A stretch of DNA of 33,122 nt, from assembly GCA_052389415.1 (NCBI GenBank), contig JBQTHX010000077.1, positions 1 to 33,122 on the forward strand, given 5' to 3'. The position numbers were made by a program, and so were the translations under genes. The notes beneath the pieces were generated by a model, which was not told where the DNA came from, did no database searches, and saw only the letters and a list, made by a program, of their open reading frames with translations. This document shows, one piece after another, positions 9,630 to 19,203 of the stretch (positions within the stretch are counted from its first letter, which is position 1; each line of letters begins with the position of its first letter). Source of the DNA: Nitrosopumilaceae archaeon. Lineage in GTDB: Archaea; Thermoproteota; Nitrososphaeria; Nitrososphaerales; Nitrosopumilaceae.

Positions 9630-10594
9630 CTGAAATGACAGACATGCGTACAGTGTATGGGGAAACCCTGATCAAAATAGGAGAAGAAAATCCAAACGTT
9701 GTAGTAGTTGGTGCCGACACCACAGATTCATTAAAGACAAAACCTTTTGGTAAAAAATTTCCAAATAGATTTTTCAATGTAGGAATTGCAGAGGCAAACT
9801 TGGTTTCTGTTGCTGCAGGTCTTGCAGTAGAAGGAAAGATTCCATTTGCAAGTACATATGCAATTTTTTTACCTGGAAGATGTGTTGACCAAATTAGAAA
9901 TGCAATAGCGTATCCATCACGCGATGATAAAAAGGGACTAAATGTGAAGATGGTGGTTTCACATGGAGGATTAAGTGTCGGTGCAGATGGAGGTTCGCAT
10001 CAACAAATAGAAGACATTGCTATCATGCGAGTAATTCCAAATGTCAAAGTAATGATTCCAGCTGACACTGTTACAGTTTCTAAACTTGTTTGGATAATGT
10101 CACAAACATATGGACCATTTTACATGCGAATGGCTAGATCAAAAACTCCTATTGTGCATTCTAATGCTCAAGACTTTGAAATTGGAAAAGGAATTGTTTT
10201 GCGTGATGGTTCTGACTGTACTATTGCTGCGTGTGGAATAACAGTACAGATGGCACTTGAGGCAGCAGATGTTCTCAAACAGGAAGGCGTCTCATGTAGA
10301 GTTTTGGATTTATTCTCGATTAAACCAATAGATTCTACTCTCATCGAAAAGGCAGCGCGTGAGACAGGAGGTATAGTAACATGTGAAGAACACAACATCA
10401 TGGCAGGTTTTGGTTCTGCTGTAGCTGAGGTAGTAACTGAGACATATCCTGTATCGATGAGACGAATTGGAGTTCAGGACAAATTTGGTGAGTCTGCGCG
10501 TGACAATGAAATTCCACTATTGTTTGCAAAACATGGTATGACATCAATTAATATAGCTAATTCAGTAAAAGACATTAGGAGCAAATCCAGATGA
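9626..10594 (+). CDS. Transketolase C-terminal subunit
   Basis: RFFNVGIAEAN, DGGSHQ, TCEEH; ATGA overlap with the upstream gene. Confidence 0.93.
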   Translation: MTEMTDMRTVYGETLIKIGEENPNVVVVGADTTDSLKTKPFGKKFPNRFFNVGIAEANLVSVAAGLAVEGKIPFASTYAIFLPGRCVDQIRNAIAYPSRDDKKGLNVKMVVSHGGLSVGADGGSHQQIEDIAIMRVIPNVKVMIPADTVTVSKLVWIMSQTYGPFYMRMARSKTPIVHSNAQDFEIGKGIVLRDGSDCTIAACGITVQMALEAADVLKQEGVSCRVLDLFSIKPIDSTLIEKAARETGGIVTCEEHNIMAGFGSAVAEVVTETYPVSMRRIGVQDKFGESARDNEIPLLFAKHGMTSINIANSVKDIRSKSR

Positions 10595-11256
10595 AAATAT
10601 TCCTTGATACTGCCAATATTGCATCAATCAAGATGTACAATGACATGGGTCTAGTTGATGGCATAACAACAAACCCATCACTTTTAGCAAAGGAAGGTGG
10701 TGACCCACAAAAAACTATGGAAGAAATTGTTAGAATTGTAAAAGGTGATGTTAGTCTTGAAGTCATTGCAACAGAGACTGAACAAATGGTGGAGGAGGGT
10801 CGTCGACTAAGAAAATATGGAAAAAATGTTGTCATTAAATGCCCACTTACTCCAGAAGGACTAAAAGCATGTCGAAGACTAACTGATGAAGGAATTCCAG
10901 TGAACGTTACACTATGTTTTTCACCAACCCAGGCAATTCTTGCTGCAAAATCTGGAGCAAAATATGTCAGTCCATTCATTGGTAGATTAGATGATGTAGG
11001 CCAAGACGGAATGGGTTTGATAAAAGAGATTCGTGAAATTTTTAAAAACTATCAATATGGAACTCAGATCTTGGTTGCAAGCATTAGGCACCCATTACAC
11101 GTAGTTGATGCTGGAAAGATTGGTGCTGATGTCGTGACTGTTCCGCCTGATATATTGGGAAAGATGCTAAAACACCCATTGACAGATATCGGCCTTAAAA
11201 ACTTTCTAGCTGACTGGGAAAAACTAAAGAAAGAAAATCCAAGCATAAGAATTTAA
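10591..11256 (+). CDS. tal: Transaldolase (Fsa/TalC type)
   Basis: IFLDTA, GITTNPSL, VVIKCP (Schiff-base Lys), NVTLCFS, SPFIGR, ASIRHP. Confidence 0.95.
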   Translation: MKIFLDTANIASIKMYNDMGLVDGITTNPSLLAKEGGDPQKTMEEIVRIVKGDVSLEVIATETEQMVEEGRRLRKYGKNVVIKCPLTPEGLKACRRLTDEGIPVNVTLCFSPTQAILAAKSGAKYVSPFIGRLDDVGQDGMGLIKEIREIFKNYQYGTQILVASIRHPLHVVDAGKIGADVVTVPPDILGKMLKHPLTDIGLKNFLADWEKLKKENPSIRI

Positions 11257-11310
11257 TTCTATGTAATAACGATTTTTTATCCTTAATTGATAACTAGTTT
11301 GTTTTGATAT

Positions 11311-11766
11311 CTAATGTCTGCCTACGAACTGGTATCTCCATTCTTCGTCAAATAACTCTGATTTGATATCGTTTTCTTTCGCTTTTGTATTTAGATTTAC
11401 ATTGAAAAACCCAAGACTTCCTTTGTAAGGAATTGGTAGTTTTAGCTCATGAGGATTCTTAAGTAAAAACCCATACCTGTGATGCAAAAATTCTTCCGAA
11501 GCAAAATGCTTCTTGTAATCAGATCTTAACTCTGACACTGAATTGTATATCTTGACATCACATATCTCGACTTTGCCAATTATTAATCCAGTTCTAAGGC
11601 TTTTCTTATCAATTCCTAGTTTCTTGCAAGCTTCGGTTCTTATTTTATCAGGTGCATGAACAAGAAATTCGCCACGATATTTTGTATTCCACGTTCTTAG
11701 CTCGATTGTTTTCTTACCTTTAACTATAAGGTCAGCATAAGGTTGTGATACTGACAGACATTTCAT
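11311..11766 (-). CDS. ASCH domain protein
   Basis: LSVSQPYADLIVKGKKTIELRTW...YRG...HA...KGSLGFF. Confidence 0.9.
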   Translation of the reverse strand: MKCLSVSQPYADLIVKGKKTIELRTWNTKYRGEFLVHAPDKIRTEACKKLGIDKKSLRTGLIIGKVEICDVKIYNSVSELRSDYKKHFASEEFLHHRYGFLLKNPHELKLPIPYKGSLGFFNVNLNTKAKENDIKSELFDEEWRYQFVGRH

Positions 11767-11767
11767 T

Positions 11768-13333
11768 CTAATTTCTTCCTAGAACATTCAAAACTCTATT
11801 TGGGATGTCATTTAATCTGCTTACTGCCAAAGTATTTTCATATCCCAAATGTTTGAGATTGCTTGCAATTATTGTTGATATAGTTGGGCTGGGCCCAACT
11901 CCAATGGCCACCATCTTTATCCCCAAAAGCTTTAGTGTATGGACCATTGAACGAACAGCATCAGGATCAGAGGGTTCGCCATCTGACAGAGTAAGAAAGA
12001 TATCTGGTTTTTTTGAGCGTAACATTGGCAGCATTATGGAATAAACTTCGGCAAGAGGAGTTCCGCCGTTTGCATTTATTTGGGCTAGTCGTTTTGCCGC
12101 AATCCTATTCCATTTTACATTCTCTGACTTGACAAGCCAGCATGTTACTTGTCTTTGTTCTGTATTAAATGCATAAACCGAGAATTTTATTTTTAAAAAG
12201 GAAAGAACCTCGCACAATGCTAGAGTAGCTTTTTTGTACTGCGTCTGTTCGTTTGCTATGCTAGAAGAATGGTCAAGTAATATCACAATCCTGGTTTTGA
12301 TTGTAATCTTTTTGTCTGTAAAAAATGGAGTATGTCCATCCAAATATGTTTCTTCATCAAACTCATCACCTGAGATAACATGTTGTTCTTTCCATCCTGT
12401 CTTCCATTCTTTGAATTTAGTTTTGAGGTTACTTACAAGTTCTGCATCGTAGATCTTTGATTCATCCACATTTATTCCGCTTGGGACACTCATGCCTATG
12501 TTTTCTGCGCTCAAACCTCTGTTTTCATTTAGCTGGTTTTCCTCTAGCAAAACTTTGAATTCTTCAAAAATATTGGTTCCTTCAGAAATTTTCTTGGGAT
12601 CAAGCTCACCAAAATCACTCTCACGGAATTTTGCGATCTTTCCCAATGTTTTGACGAAATCTTCATCTGAAATTGCTATGCCTGAGCTGATCTTTGGAAC
12701 CGATAAGGGAATTGTTAAAAGTGAATCGATTTCTAAAATTTTTATAATCTCTGGAATCTTTTTCTCAAGCCATTCAGTAGCGTGATTTTTTTCTATTGAT
12801 TCTCTGACAACTTCTTTTGCAAACTCAGCCGCCTTAACAATTTTATCAAATTGACTTGGTGTAAGTTCTCCTTTGATGTCACCCATCAAAAAATACTGTG
12901 AAAATCCTTCAACAATTCTTGATTTGCCAAATAAAGAGTTTAGCAGAGGCCTGTACAGCCATGCAAAACCATAACTGAATATTATTTCATCGTTCATCCC
13001 CTTCCAATGTTTTCTACCTATTGTTTCAATACGTCGTGTCTCAAGGGTATTTAATAAAAAACCAAAAGCATGATCATTACTTAGTATCTTGGTGCAGTGC
13101 TTCAGCCTCATCGCTTCGTACCAAAGAGTAACCCTTAGTTGTCTGTATTTTTGAAAACCAGTTCCAAAATAATGATCCAGCGGAAACAGGACTACCTTGT
13201 TTTCTTTTATTTTTGTCTGAATATCGGTTCTGTCTGAAAATCCTACCGAAATGTTTTGTTTTTCAGACCATCTTCTAACAAGAAAAGTGGCGATTTCAAG
13301 TAAAGTGTCGTTTCTAAGATGTAATGATTGCAT
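11768..13333 (-). CDS. VWA-domain protein, partner of MoxR ATPase
   Basis: MIDAS LLDHSSS, GGTPL, LSDGEP. Confidence 0.88.
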   Translation of the reverse strand: MQSLHLRNDTLLEIATFLVRRWSEKQNISVGFSDRTDIQTKIKENKVVLFPLDHYFGTGFQKYRQLRVTLWYEAMRLKHCTKILSNDHAFGFLLNTLETRRIETIGRKHWKGMNDEIIFSYGFAWLYRPLLNSLFGKSRIVEGFSQYFLMGDIKGELTPSQFDKIVKAAEFAKEVVRESIEKNHATEWLEKKIPEIIKILEIDSLLTIPLSVPKISSGIAISDEDFVKTLGKIAKFRESDFGELDPKKISEGTNIFEEFKVLLEENQLNENRGLSAENIGMSVPSGINVDESKIYDAELVSNLKTKFKEWKTGWKEQHVISGDEFDEETYLDGHTPFFTDKKITIKTRIVILLDHSSSIANEQTQYKKATLALCEVLSFLKIKFSVYAFNTEQRQVTCWLVKSENVKWNRIAAKRLAQINANGGTPLAEVYSIMLPMLRSKKPDIFLTLSDGEPSDPDAVRSMVHTLKLLGIKMVAIGVGPSPTISTIIASNLKHLGYENTLAVSRLNDIPNRVLNVLGRN

Positions 13334-14130
13334 TAGTTACCAAACATTGACGTAATGATGTCATTGACCTTTTGATACTCTACATTTCCCCATTGTGCAT
13401 AGACATTTGCAAATACGATGTCGGCCGCCTGTCTTGGTTTTAGATCAGCATCAAGGAGCCTGCCATATGCAATTGTTTCTCGCAAACTTGGAGAATAGTA
13501 CAGTTCTTCTACAGAGGCAGCTTGTCGCAATAAATTTGCGAGTTTGATTCCCTGCAAGATCTCTTTTTCATGAGCACCAACTATGTATTTTTTCACTATT
13601 TGAAGTTCAATTTCTTCTGGTGGATATTCTAATCTTATTCTGATGGGGAATCTACTTAAGATCTGTGGAGGAAGCTCTTTTGTTCCAACATGTGTTAGGG
13701 GATTTATAGTTCCGATGACAAACCATTCCTTGCTTGCTTGAATCAATTCTCCTCCTGACTCCTTTAAGATAATTTGTCTTCTATCATCTAATGCCTCATC
13801 TAGTCTGAGCAACACATCTGCCTCTGCTGCATTTATCTCATCGAGATAAAGCATATTTCCTTCCTTCATTGATTTTACCAAAATCCCTTCATCAAAACCT
13901 ATAGAACCGTTTTCCAAACTTTTAGACCCTACCAGATGGCTTTCACGGGTTCTCAAGCTAAAGTTTATCGATTCAAGCTTAATGCCTTTTTTGGCAGCAA
14001 ACTCGCGAACAAGAGTTGTCTTTCCAGTGCCTTTTGGACCTATAATTAAAACAAATAACCCTGCGTCATATGCCTTGTTTAGAATCTCAAAGGAATTATT
14101 CCAATCAACATAGAGTGATTCTGTAAGCAA
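13333..14130 (-). CDS. MoxR-type AAA+ ATPase (CbbQ/NirQ/NorQ/GvpN-like)
   Basis: Walker A GPKGTGKT, Walker B LYLDEIN, TINP, LSRF, SLRE. Confidence 0.92.
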   Translation of the reverse strand: MLTESLYVDWNNSFEILNKAYDAGLFVLIIGPKGTGKTTLVREFAAKKGIKLESINFSLRTRESHLVGSKSLENGSIGFDEGILVKSMKEGNMLYLDEINAAEADVLLRLDEALDDRRQIILKESGGELIQASKEWFVIGTINPLTHVGTKELPPQILSRFPIRIRLEYPPEEIELQIVKKYIVGAHEKEILQGIKLANLLRQAASVEELYYSPSLRETIAYGRLLDADLKPRQAADIVFANVYAQWGNVEYQKVNDIITSMFGN

Positions 14131-14236
14131 TACTCTTGGGAGAGCGCGACCTTAATTTAAGAATAGTCTTGCTGTATTATTAATCCACAACAACCGTAAT
14201 TACGATCATGTTAATTTGAAAGTTTGATTATCTTAT

Positions 14237-15070
14237 ATGATAATGAGGACCAAAACAAGATTTGTTCTTTCAAGCCTAATCTTACTTGGTATATTACAAC
14301 TAACATATGCTGAGGAAATAAAAATTCCAGATTGGATAAGAAACAATGCTAAATGGTGGTCAAACGGAGAGATTGATGACAAAACCTTTGCTAACGGAAT
14401 TCAATATCTAATAAAATCCGAAATAATAAAAATTCCCATAACTGAACGAAGTCAGATAAACCAAGACACAAAGATCCCAGATTGGGTAAGAAACAATGCC
14501 AAATGGTGGTCAAACGGGGAGATTGATGACAAAACCTTTGCTAACGGAATTCAATATCTAATAAAAGCAGGAATAATCTTTATAGCTACTGATAAAATCT
14601 CTTCTTCAGATAATCCTGATCTATCAAACTGTGATCAGTTTTTAACTGCAGCAGAAAAAAGAACTTGTCAAAAGGAGATTGAGCTTGCTAATAAAATACA
14701 AGCTGACATGGAAAAATCAACTCCTTACAACGTTGGCCCTGTGATTTTTTACTATATAGATAACAAGATTGAAAAAACATCAAGCGGAACCATTCTAACA
14801 ATATATTTTGTTGTAGAAAACACTGGAACTTCAGATGTAACCATGTCCTGTCCTGTAAACTCTTGTCATTATATGCTCAATGATGGCCAAAAAGAAATAC
14901 AGTACACTACAAACACGCTTGTGTATGGTTCATTGACTTTACAGCCCAACACTCCAAAACAGTTGGAATGGAGCTTCTATAAGGGATTAGATTATGATCC
15001 TGCAAAAGATTACTCTTTTAAGATAAAAGAATCCTGGGGCATTGGCACTATACCTTTAGGATTAGATTAG
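14237..15070 (+). CDS. Secreted protein with two thaumarchaeal IPxWxxNNAxWW repeats and an Ig-like C-terminal domain
   Basis: Signal-peptide-like N-terminus; 2x IPDW(I/V)RNNAKWWSNGEIDDKTFANGIQYLIK; VENTG...L.P beta-sandwich pattern. Confidence 0.8.
   Translation: MIMRTKTRFVLSSLILLGILQLTYAEEIKIPDWIRNNAKWWSNGEIDDKTFANGIQYLIKSEIIKIPITERSQINQDTKIPDWVRNNAKWWSNGEIDDKTFANGIQYLIKAGIIFIATDKISSSDNPDLSNCDQFLTAAEKRTCQKEIELANKIQADMEKSTPYNVGPVIFYYIDNKIEKTSSGTILTIYFVVENTGTSDVTMSCPVNSCHYMLNDGQKEIQYTTNTLVYGSLTLQPNTPKQLEWSFYKGLDYDPAKDYSFKIKESWGIGTIPLGLD
14321..14566 (+). repeat. Intragenic 96-nt direct repeat (14321-14416 and 14471-14566)
   Basis: 91 of 96 nt identical, 150 nt apart. Confidence 0.92.
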
Positions 15071-15071
15071 C

Positions 15072-16523
15072 TTAATTTTTGATCATTGCAAAAGACTCTT
15101 CCAATGTTTTGTGAAGAGTATTATGCCATGTATTGTATCCCTCTGGAGTCTTGGGGAAATTGAAATAATGCTCTGTTAAAATCTTGTTTTGTCTTGCGGT
15201 AAATCTTAAACCATCTGCCAATTCCTTGTTTAATGCGCCACGAATCATCATTCCTAGTTTTCCGACCGTTCCAAAATCTGGATGTTCTCCCCTACTTATG
15301 GCTTCAACATCCATCTTTGACAAAAAGTGTTTCATTCCATAATTTATCTGATCATTAGTTAATGTCTGCAGTAACCTTCTAAAGACCTCAAGTCCTGCAG
15401 TTTTGTACCCATAATCGTTTATGAAATCAATATTGTATTGCCACAATCCCTTTTCTGTAACATCATTTGCTTCAATTGCAGCAACCGCATCTCTTCCAAT
15501 TATTGTAGCTGCAACAATCGCAGGACCAATCCCACCAGCATCAAGTGGTTTTGGCATCCATGCAGAGTCACCTACAAGCATGAATCCATTTGCCACAAGA
15601 CAATCATTCTGTCTTCTGACTGAAACCTGCCATGTACCTGTAGAGTTAATTGAATCACTTGGATCGTCTGAAAGTCGTGGGTTCTTAATTGCCTTGTTAA
15701 TCTGAACATAATCATTTATCAGCTTCATAACATCCTCTTTCCTACCCAATCTCTCATTTCTCCTATGCAATTCCTTTTGTTGAACTCCAAGACCGATGTT
15801 TACCTTGTTCTTGCCCTTTGGGAATACCCATCCGTATCCACCCGGTGCAATGTCTTGATCCAAATGTATGATGCAATAATCAGGATCAAAATCTGTCTTG
15901 TCTTCTACTCCAGTTTCAAATTTCATAATATGTCTTCCAGTAGCTTCCAAATCGTCACGATCAATCTTCCGCTCTATTTTTGATTTGACAGACAAACCGT
16001 TTCGCAACATCGAGGCTACCCCCGTTGCATCAATTACTATCTTTGCAGTTTTCTTGTATGGCTGATTCGCTAAAAGATCTGTTCCTTCTACACCCACGAC
16101 TGAATCATTATCATAAAGTAAATTTCTTAGAGCTACAGAGAATTGTAAATTTATTCCCATCTTTTTTGAATCGCGAAGCTGGCGTTTAGGAAGCTCTTGT
16201 CTATTAAGCATAAAACCATCTCCATCAAATGGGATTGAAGTCTCTCTGTCTGGTGAAAAAGCCATGACTCCTTTTACAGGATGTTCGATCTCTGGGGTTC
16301 CCCATGAAATCTGGATTCTTTCTGTCATATAGTCAACTGTGTTTTTACCAACTGCATCTCCACAGACCCAGCCGCTAATTGTCTTTTTTCCAACCATTGG
16401 TTCTGGATTTCTATCAATTACAAGAATGGACAATCTCTGTTTGGAATAAAATGAAGCAGATTGAGCTGCAATCATGCCAGCAAGTCCTCCACCCGCAACT
16501 ATGATGTCATAATCTGTTTTCAC
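15072..16523 (-). CDS. Geranylgeranyl reductase-family FAD oxidoreductase (archaeal lipid saturation)
   Basis: GGGLAG FAD motif, VCGD, IDATG, PGGYGWVFPK, LVGDSA...PLDAGGI. Confidence 0.88.
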   Translation of the reverse strand: MKTDYDIIVAGGGLAGMIAAQSASFYSKQRLSILVIDRNPEPMVGKKTISGWVCGDAVGKNTVDYMTERIQISWGTPEIEHPVKGVMAFSPDRETSIPFDGDGFMLNRQELPKRQLRDSKKMGINLQFSVALRNLLYDNDSVVGVEGTDLLANQPYKKTAKIVIDATGVASMLRNGLSVKSKIERKIDRDDLEATGRHIMKFETGVEDKTDFDPDYCIIHLDQDIAPGGYGWVFPKGKNKVNIGLGVQQKELHRRNERLGRKEDVMKLINDYVQINKAIKNPRLSDDPSDSINSTGTWQVSVRRQNDCLVANGFMLVGDSAWMPKPLDAGGIGPAIVAATIIGRDAVAAIEANDVTEKGLWQYNIDFINDYGYKTAGLEVFRRLLQTLTNDQINYGMKHFLSKMDVEAISRGEHPDFGTVGKLGMMIRGALNKELADGLRFTARQNKILTEHYFNFPKTPEGYNTWHNTLHKTLEESFAMIKN

Positions 16524-16582
16524 AGCGAAAAAACATGATCCACTCTATTTAAAAGAACCGTGCGATTGGAAGACATAATTTT

Positions 16583-16648
16583 TGGGTCAGTTCGTCGCGG
16601 CTTCTTCACAGCGGATGCTCAGACTGGAGCGGCAAACCCTCATCCCCA
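16583..16648 (-). ncRNA. Candidate C/D-box guide sRNA
   Basis: Minus strand: TGG-GGATGA (C)-GGGTTTGCCGCTCCAGT-CTGA (D')-GCATCCGCTG-TGAAGA (C')-AGCCGCGACGAA-CTGA (D)-CCCA; GC-rich island in AT-rich intergenic DNA. Confidence 0.72.
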
Positions 16649-16671
16649 TTTTTTCTCGTCTTGAAATACTA

Positions 16672-16878
16672 TTAAACGCTCCTTCGTAAGGACTTTAGTG
16701 TTCCTGAAACTGTGACTATGTCTTCTTTTTTGATCTTTGATATAACTTGAGAAAGATCCACAAGCTTGCATGAAATGATAACTTGCCCATCTTGATTTGA
16801 AATTATTCTAACATTGGATATCTTCTCAACATCTGCTTTGTCTAGTTTTAGAAGGATGTATCTTTTTTTTTGTTTCAA
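16672..16878 (-). CDS. Short RNase P Pop5/Rpp14-like protein
   Basis: N-terminal KKRYILL and C-terminal TVSGTLKSLR are Pop5 hallmarks; only 68 aa. Confidence 0.65.
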   Translation of the reverse strand: MKQKKRYILLKLDKADVEKISNVRIISNQDGQVIISCKLVDLSQVISKIKKEDIVTVSGTLKSLRRSV

Positions 16879-17297
16879 GATTTTAAAAGTTCCATATAAT
16901 TCTTGGAAAGATCACTTTTTTTATACACTGGTATGGTAATCTTAATTTTCATGGCATCATTTTGTTGAATGTTAACAATTTTTCTTATAATGTCCTGCTT
17001 GCTGATTCGTAAAAACAACGAAGATTCCTCAAAATGCATGTTGAGATTGTTAAAAAAGTCATTCAATTGAACTTTTGAAATTTTTGAAATAGTTTTACGA
17101 AGAAACTCTTGTGCAATGTTATTTGTTAATTTTGTTTTCAGCAATAAAATTGGATTCCCAAAATGGCCTGCTAGTTTTTCTTCGGTAAACGCATCTTCAC
17201 TTATCTTAAACATTTCCAATATGGAATCTAGGATCTTTTTTCTATCCTCCGTTGCATGAATTATTATTTCAATAGCAGTTTCAAGTCGATTGGCCAT
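16875..17297 (-). CDS. Archaeal RNA-binding protein (DUF54/RL5-like)
   Basis: IIHATEDxxK, GHFGNPI, LFLRISKQ. Confidence 0.85.
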   Translation of the reverse strand: MANRLETAIEIIIHATEDRKKILDSILEMFKISEDAFTEEKLAGHFGNPILLLKTKLTNNIAQEFLRKTISKISKVQLNDFFNNLNMHFEESSLFLRISKQDIIRKIVNIQQNDAMKIKITIPVYKKSDLSKNYMELLKS

Positions 17298-17328
17298 GTT
17301 TTAGATTCTTTACTAAACAATAAATCTA

Positions 17329-17943
17329 TTAGGCTTGTAATAATGCGATCTCAGCTTCAGCGGTTCTGATTATCTTTGCTTTTTCAATGCCTATGTGTCT
17401 CACATGGATTATCTTCTTGACAGCTGCCATTATGTCTGAATTTATCTTTCCAAATGCTGTGGCTTGAACAAATTGCTCTATCGTCATCTCCGGAATTGAT
17501 TTTGACATTACATCTCGTGCTACTAATCTTAGTGCATGTTTGCGTGACGTGTTAAGCTTCTTTTGGGTAAGTGCAATAATTTTAATCCTAAAGATATACC
17601 CATCTTTTGTCTTGTAGTCTCCTATAAAATTAATTAACGATGAACCACGTCGAACAAGACTCCTCAAAAACTCTTTTGCATATTCATATCTCTTGAAAAT
17701 GGTTGTTGCAGTTTCACCTTCAACCTTGTTTATCTGAAAATATAGCTTGTATTGATGTTGAGAAGGATCTCCTTTTATGATATCAAATAACGTAACTTCA
17801 ATTACTCGACCTAATGCGCTTGCATCATCAGTAATTGGAATGTAACCTACTGGAACATTGTTAAAAGCTGAAGGAGCAAGTACAGTTACCCATTTTTTCT
17901 CTCGCCACTTGTCCTTTATTCTTGCAGTTTTTTGACGCGCCAA
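17329..17943 (-). CDS. rps3ae: 30S ribosomal protein S3Ae (eS1)
   Basis: KDKWREKKW, GRVIEVTL, LRSLVRRGSS, TKDGY. Confidence 0.96.
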   Translation of the reverse strand: MARQKTARIKDKWREKKWVTVLAPSAFNNVPVGYIPITDDASALGRVIEVTLFDIIKGDPSQHQYKLYFQINKVEGETATTIFKRYEYAKEFLRSLVRRGSSLINFIGDYKTKDGYIFRIKIIALTQKKLNTSRKHALRLVARDVMSKSIPEMTIEQFVQATAFGKINSDIMAAVKKIIHVRHIGIEKAKIIRTAEAEIALLQA

Positions 17944-17963
17944 CTATGATTGACGTTTAAAGC

Positions 17964-17976
17964 CAAAATATAAGTT
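17964..17976. repeat. Left att core
   Basis: CAAAATATAAGTT, 6 nt before the integrase ATG. Confidence 0.85.
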
Positions 17977-17982
17977 ATTAAC

Positions 17983-19203
17983 ATGGAAAGCAAAGAAAAT
18001 AGTTCTCTTAGGCATATAGGGCATAGAAAATTTGTGTCCGAATCTCCTCGAAGTTTAAGGCTCTTTGAACAGGCAATCAAGTCGCCTATAACTTACAAGA
18101 CATACAAAACGAACCTATGTATGTTTTTTGGATGGGCTAAAAAAGATCACGACTCTATTTTGGAAATGTCATCAAGTGAACTGCAGGAAGTACTTGAAGA
18201 GTATCTGTTTCATTTGAAAAAAAGATTGAGTCCAAATTCTATAGGTCCACATCTTGCTGCAATTGACAAGTTTCTTGCTGTAAATGATGTCGAATATAAA
18301 AAGCGTAAATTGCGGATGTTCCTGCCTGAAAAAGTAAAGTGCAGCGGAATCAAGGCATGGACTACACAGCACATACAAAGAATGCTAGAATATGCTGATA
18401 CTAGGAGAACCAAGGCTCTGATTCATTTTCTGTCTGCATCTGGAGTTAGGGTTGGCGCTCTTGAGGATTTGAGATGGAAAAATATTGAAGAAATGCCTAA
18501 TGGATGCTATTGTGTAACAATCTACGAAAAATCCAATCACGAATACATTACATTCCTTCACCATGAGGCTAGACAGACTCTTGATGACTATACAAATGGA
18601 AGAAGCAAATCGGGTGAAACCATAAATGGAGAATCGTTTGTTTTTCCTTCTAGGAACCGCATTAAGGACAAATCCAAACCACTAACAAGAAAAGGTATCG
18701 AGAGTTCGATTCTAAGGGTATTGAAAAGAGCGGGAATAGAAAGAACCAGAGAAAATAGGTTCAGGTTTGATATTGCAATTGATACAGGTTTTAGAAAGAG
18801 GTTTAACACCATTTTAAAAAGCAATCCTGGCATTTCCTACGCCATAGCAGAAAGGATGATGGATCATAAGACATACATGGAAACTCATTATCTTGATACT
18901 ACAAACAAGGACAAGTTTTTCGAGGAATACAAAAAAGCCATCCCAGATCTAATAATAGACGATTCTGAGAGGCTCAGAGCACAAAATCAGAAACTTGAGG
19001 CTGAAAAGGCAGAACTTGAAAAAAAGAGCCAGGAAGTTGAGGTGCTAAAGCGGAGACAAGAGGAAATCATGATGGAACTTGAAAAGATAAAGAAACGACA
19101 AGAAAGATCTGAAAAATATGGTAAAAGGACTATTGGCGATCCATTAAACTATAAAAACTTTGACAATTCGGACATATGTCCGAATTTGACAACTCGGAAA
19201 TAA
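17983..19203 (+). CDS. Tyrosine recombinase/integrase with C-terminal coiled coil
   Basis: SGVRVGAL (R), YEKS (K), TGFRKRF (HxxR with H replaced by T), MMDH, THY (Y); alternative in-frame GTG start at 18034. Confidence 0.92.
   Translation: MESKENSSLRHIGHRKFVSESPRSLRLFEQAIKSPITYKTYKTNLCMFFGWAKKDHDSILEMSSSELQEVLEEYLFHLKKRLSPNSIGPHLAAIDKFLAVNDVEYKKRKLRMFLPEKVKCSGIKAWTTQHIQRMLEYADTRRTKALIHFLSASGVRVGALEDLRWKNIEEMPNGCYCVTIYEKSNHEYITFLHHEARQTLDDYTNGRSKSGETINGESFVFPSRNRIKDKSKPLTRKGIESSILRVLKRAGIERTRENRFRFDIAIDTGFRKRFNTILKSNPGISYAIAERMMDHKTYMETHYLDTTNKDKFFEEYKKAIPDLIIDDSERLRAQNQKLEAEKAELEKKSQEVEVLKRRQEEIMMELEKIKKRQERSEKYGKRTIGDPLNYKNFDNSDICPNLTTRK

Noticed and set aside
17944-17990. tRNA gene or dif site as integration target
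   Set aside because: No cloverleaf at either end and no convincing 11-6-11 inverted arms around the 13-bp core.
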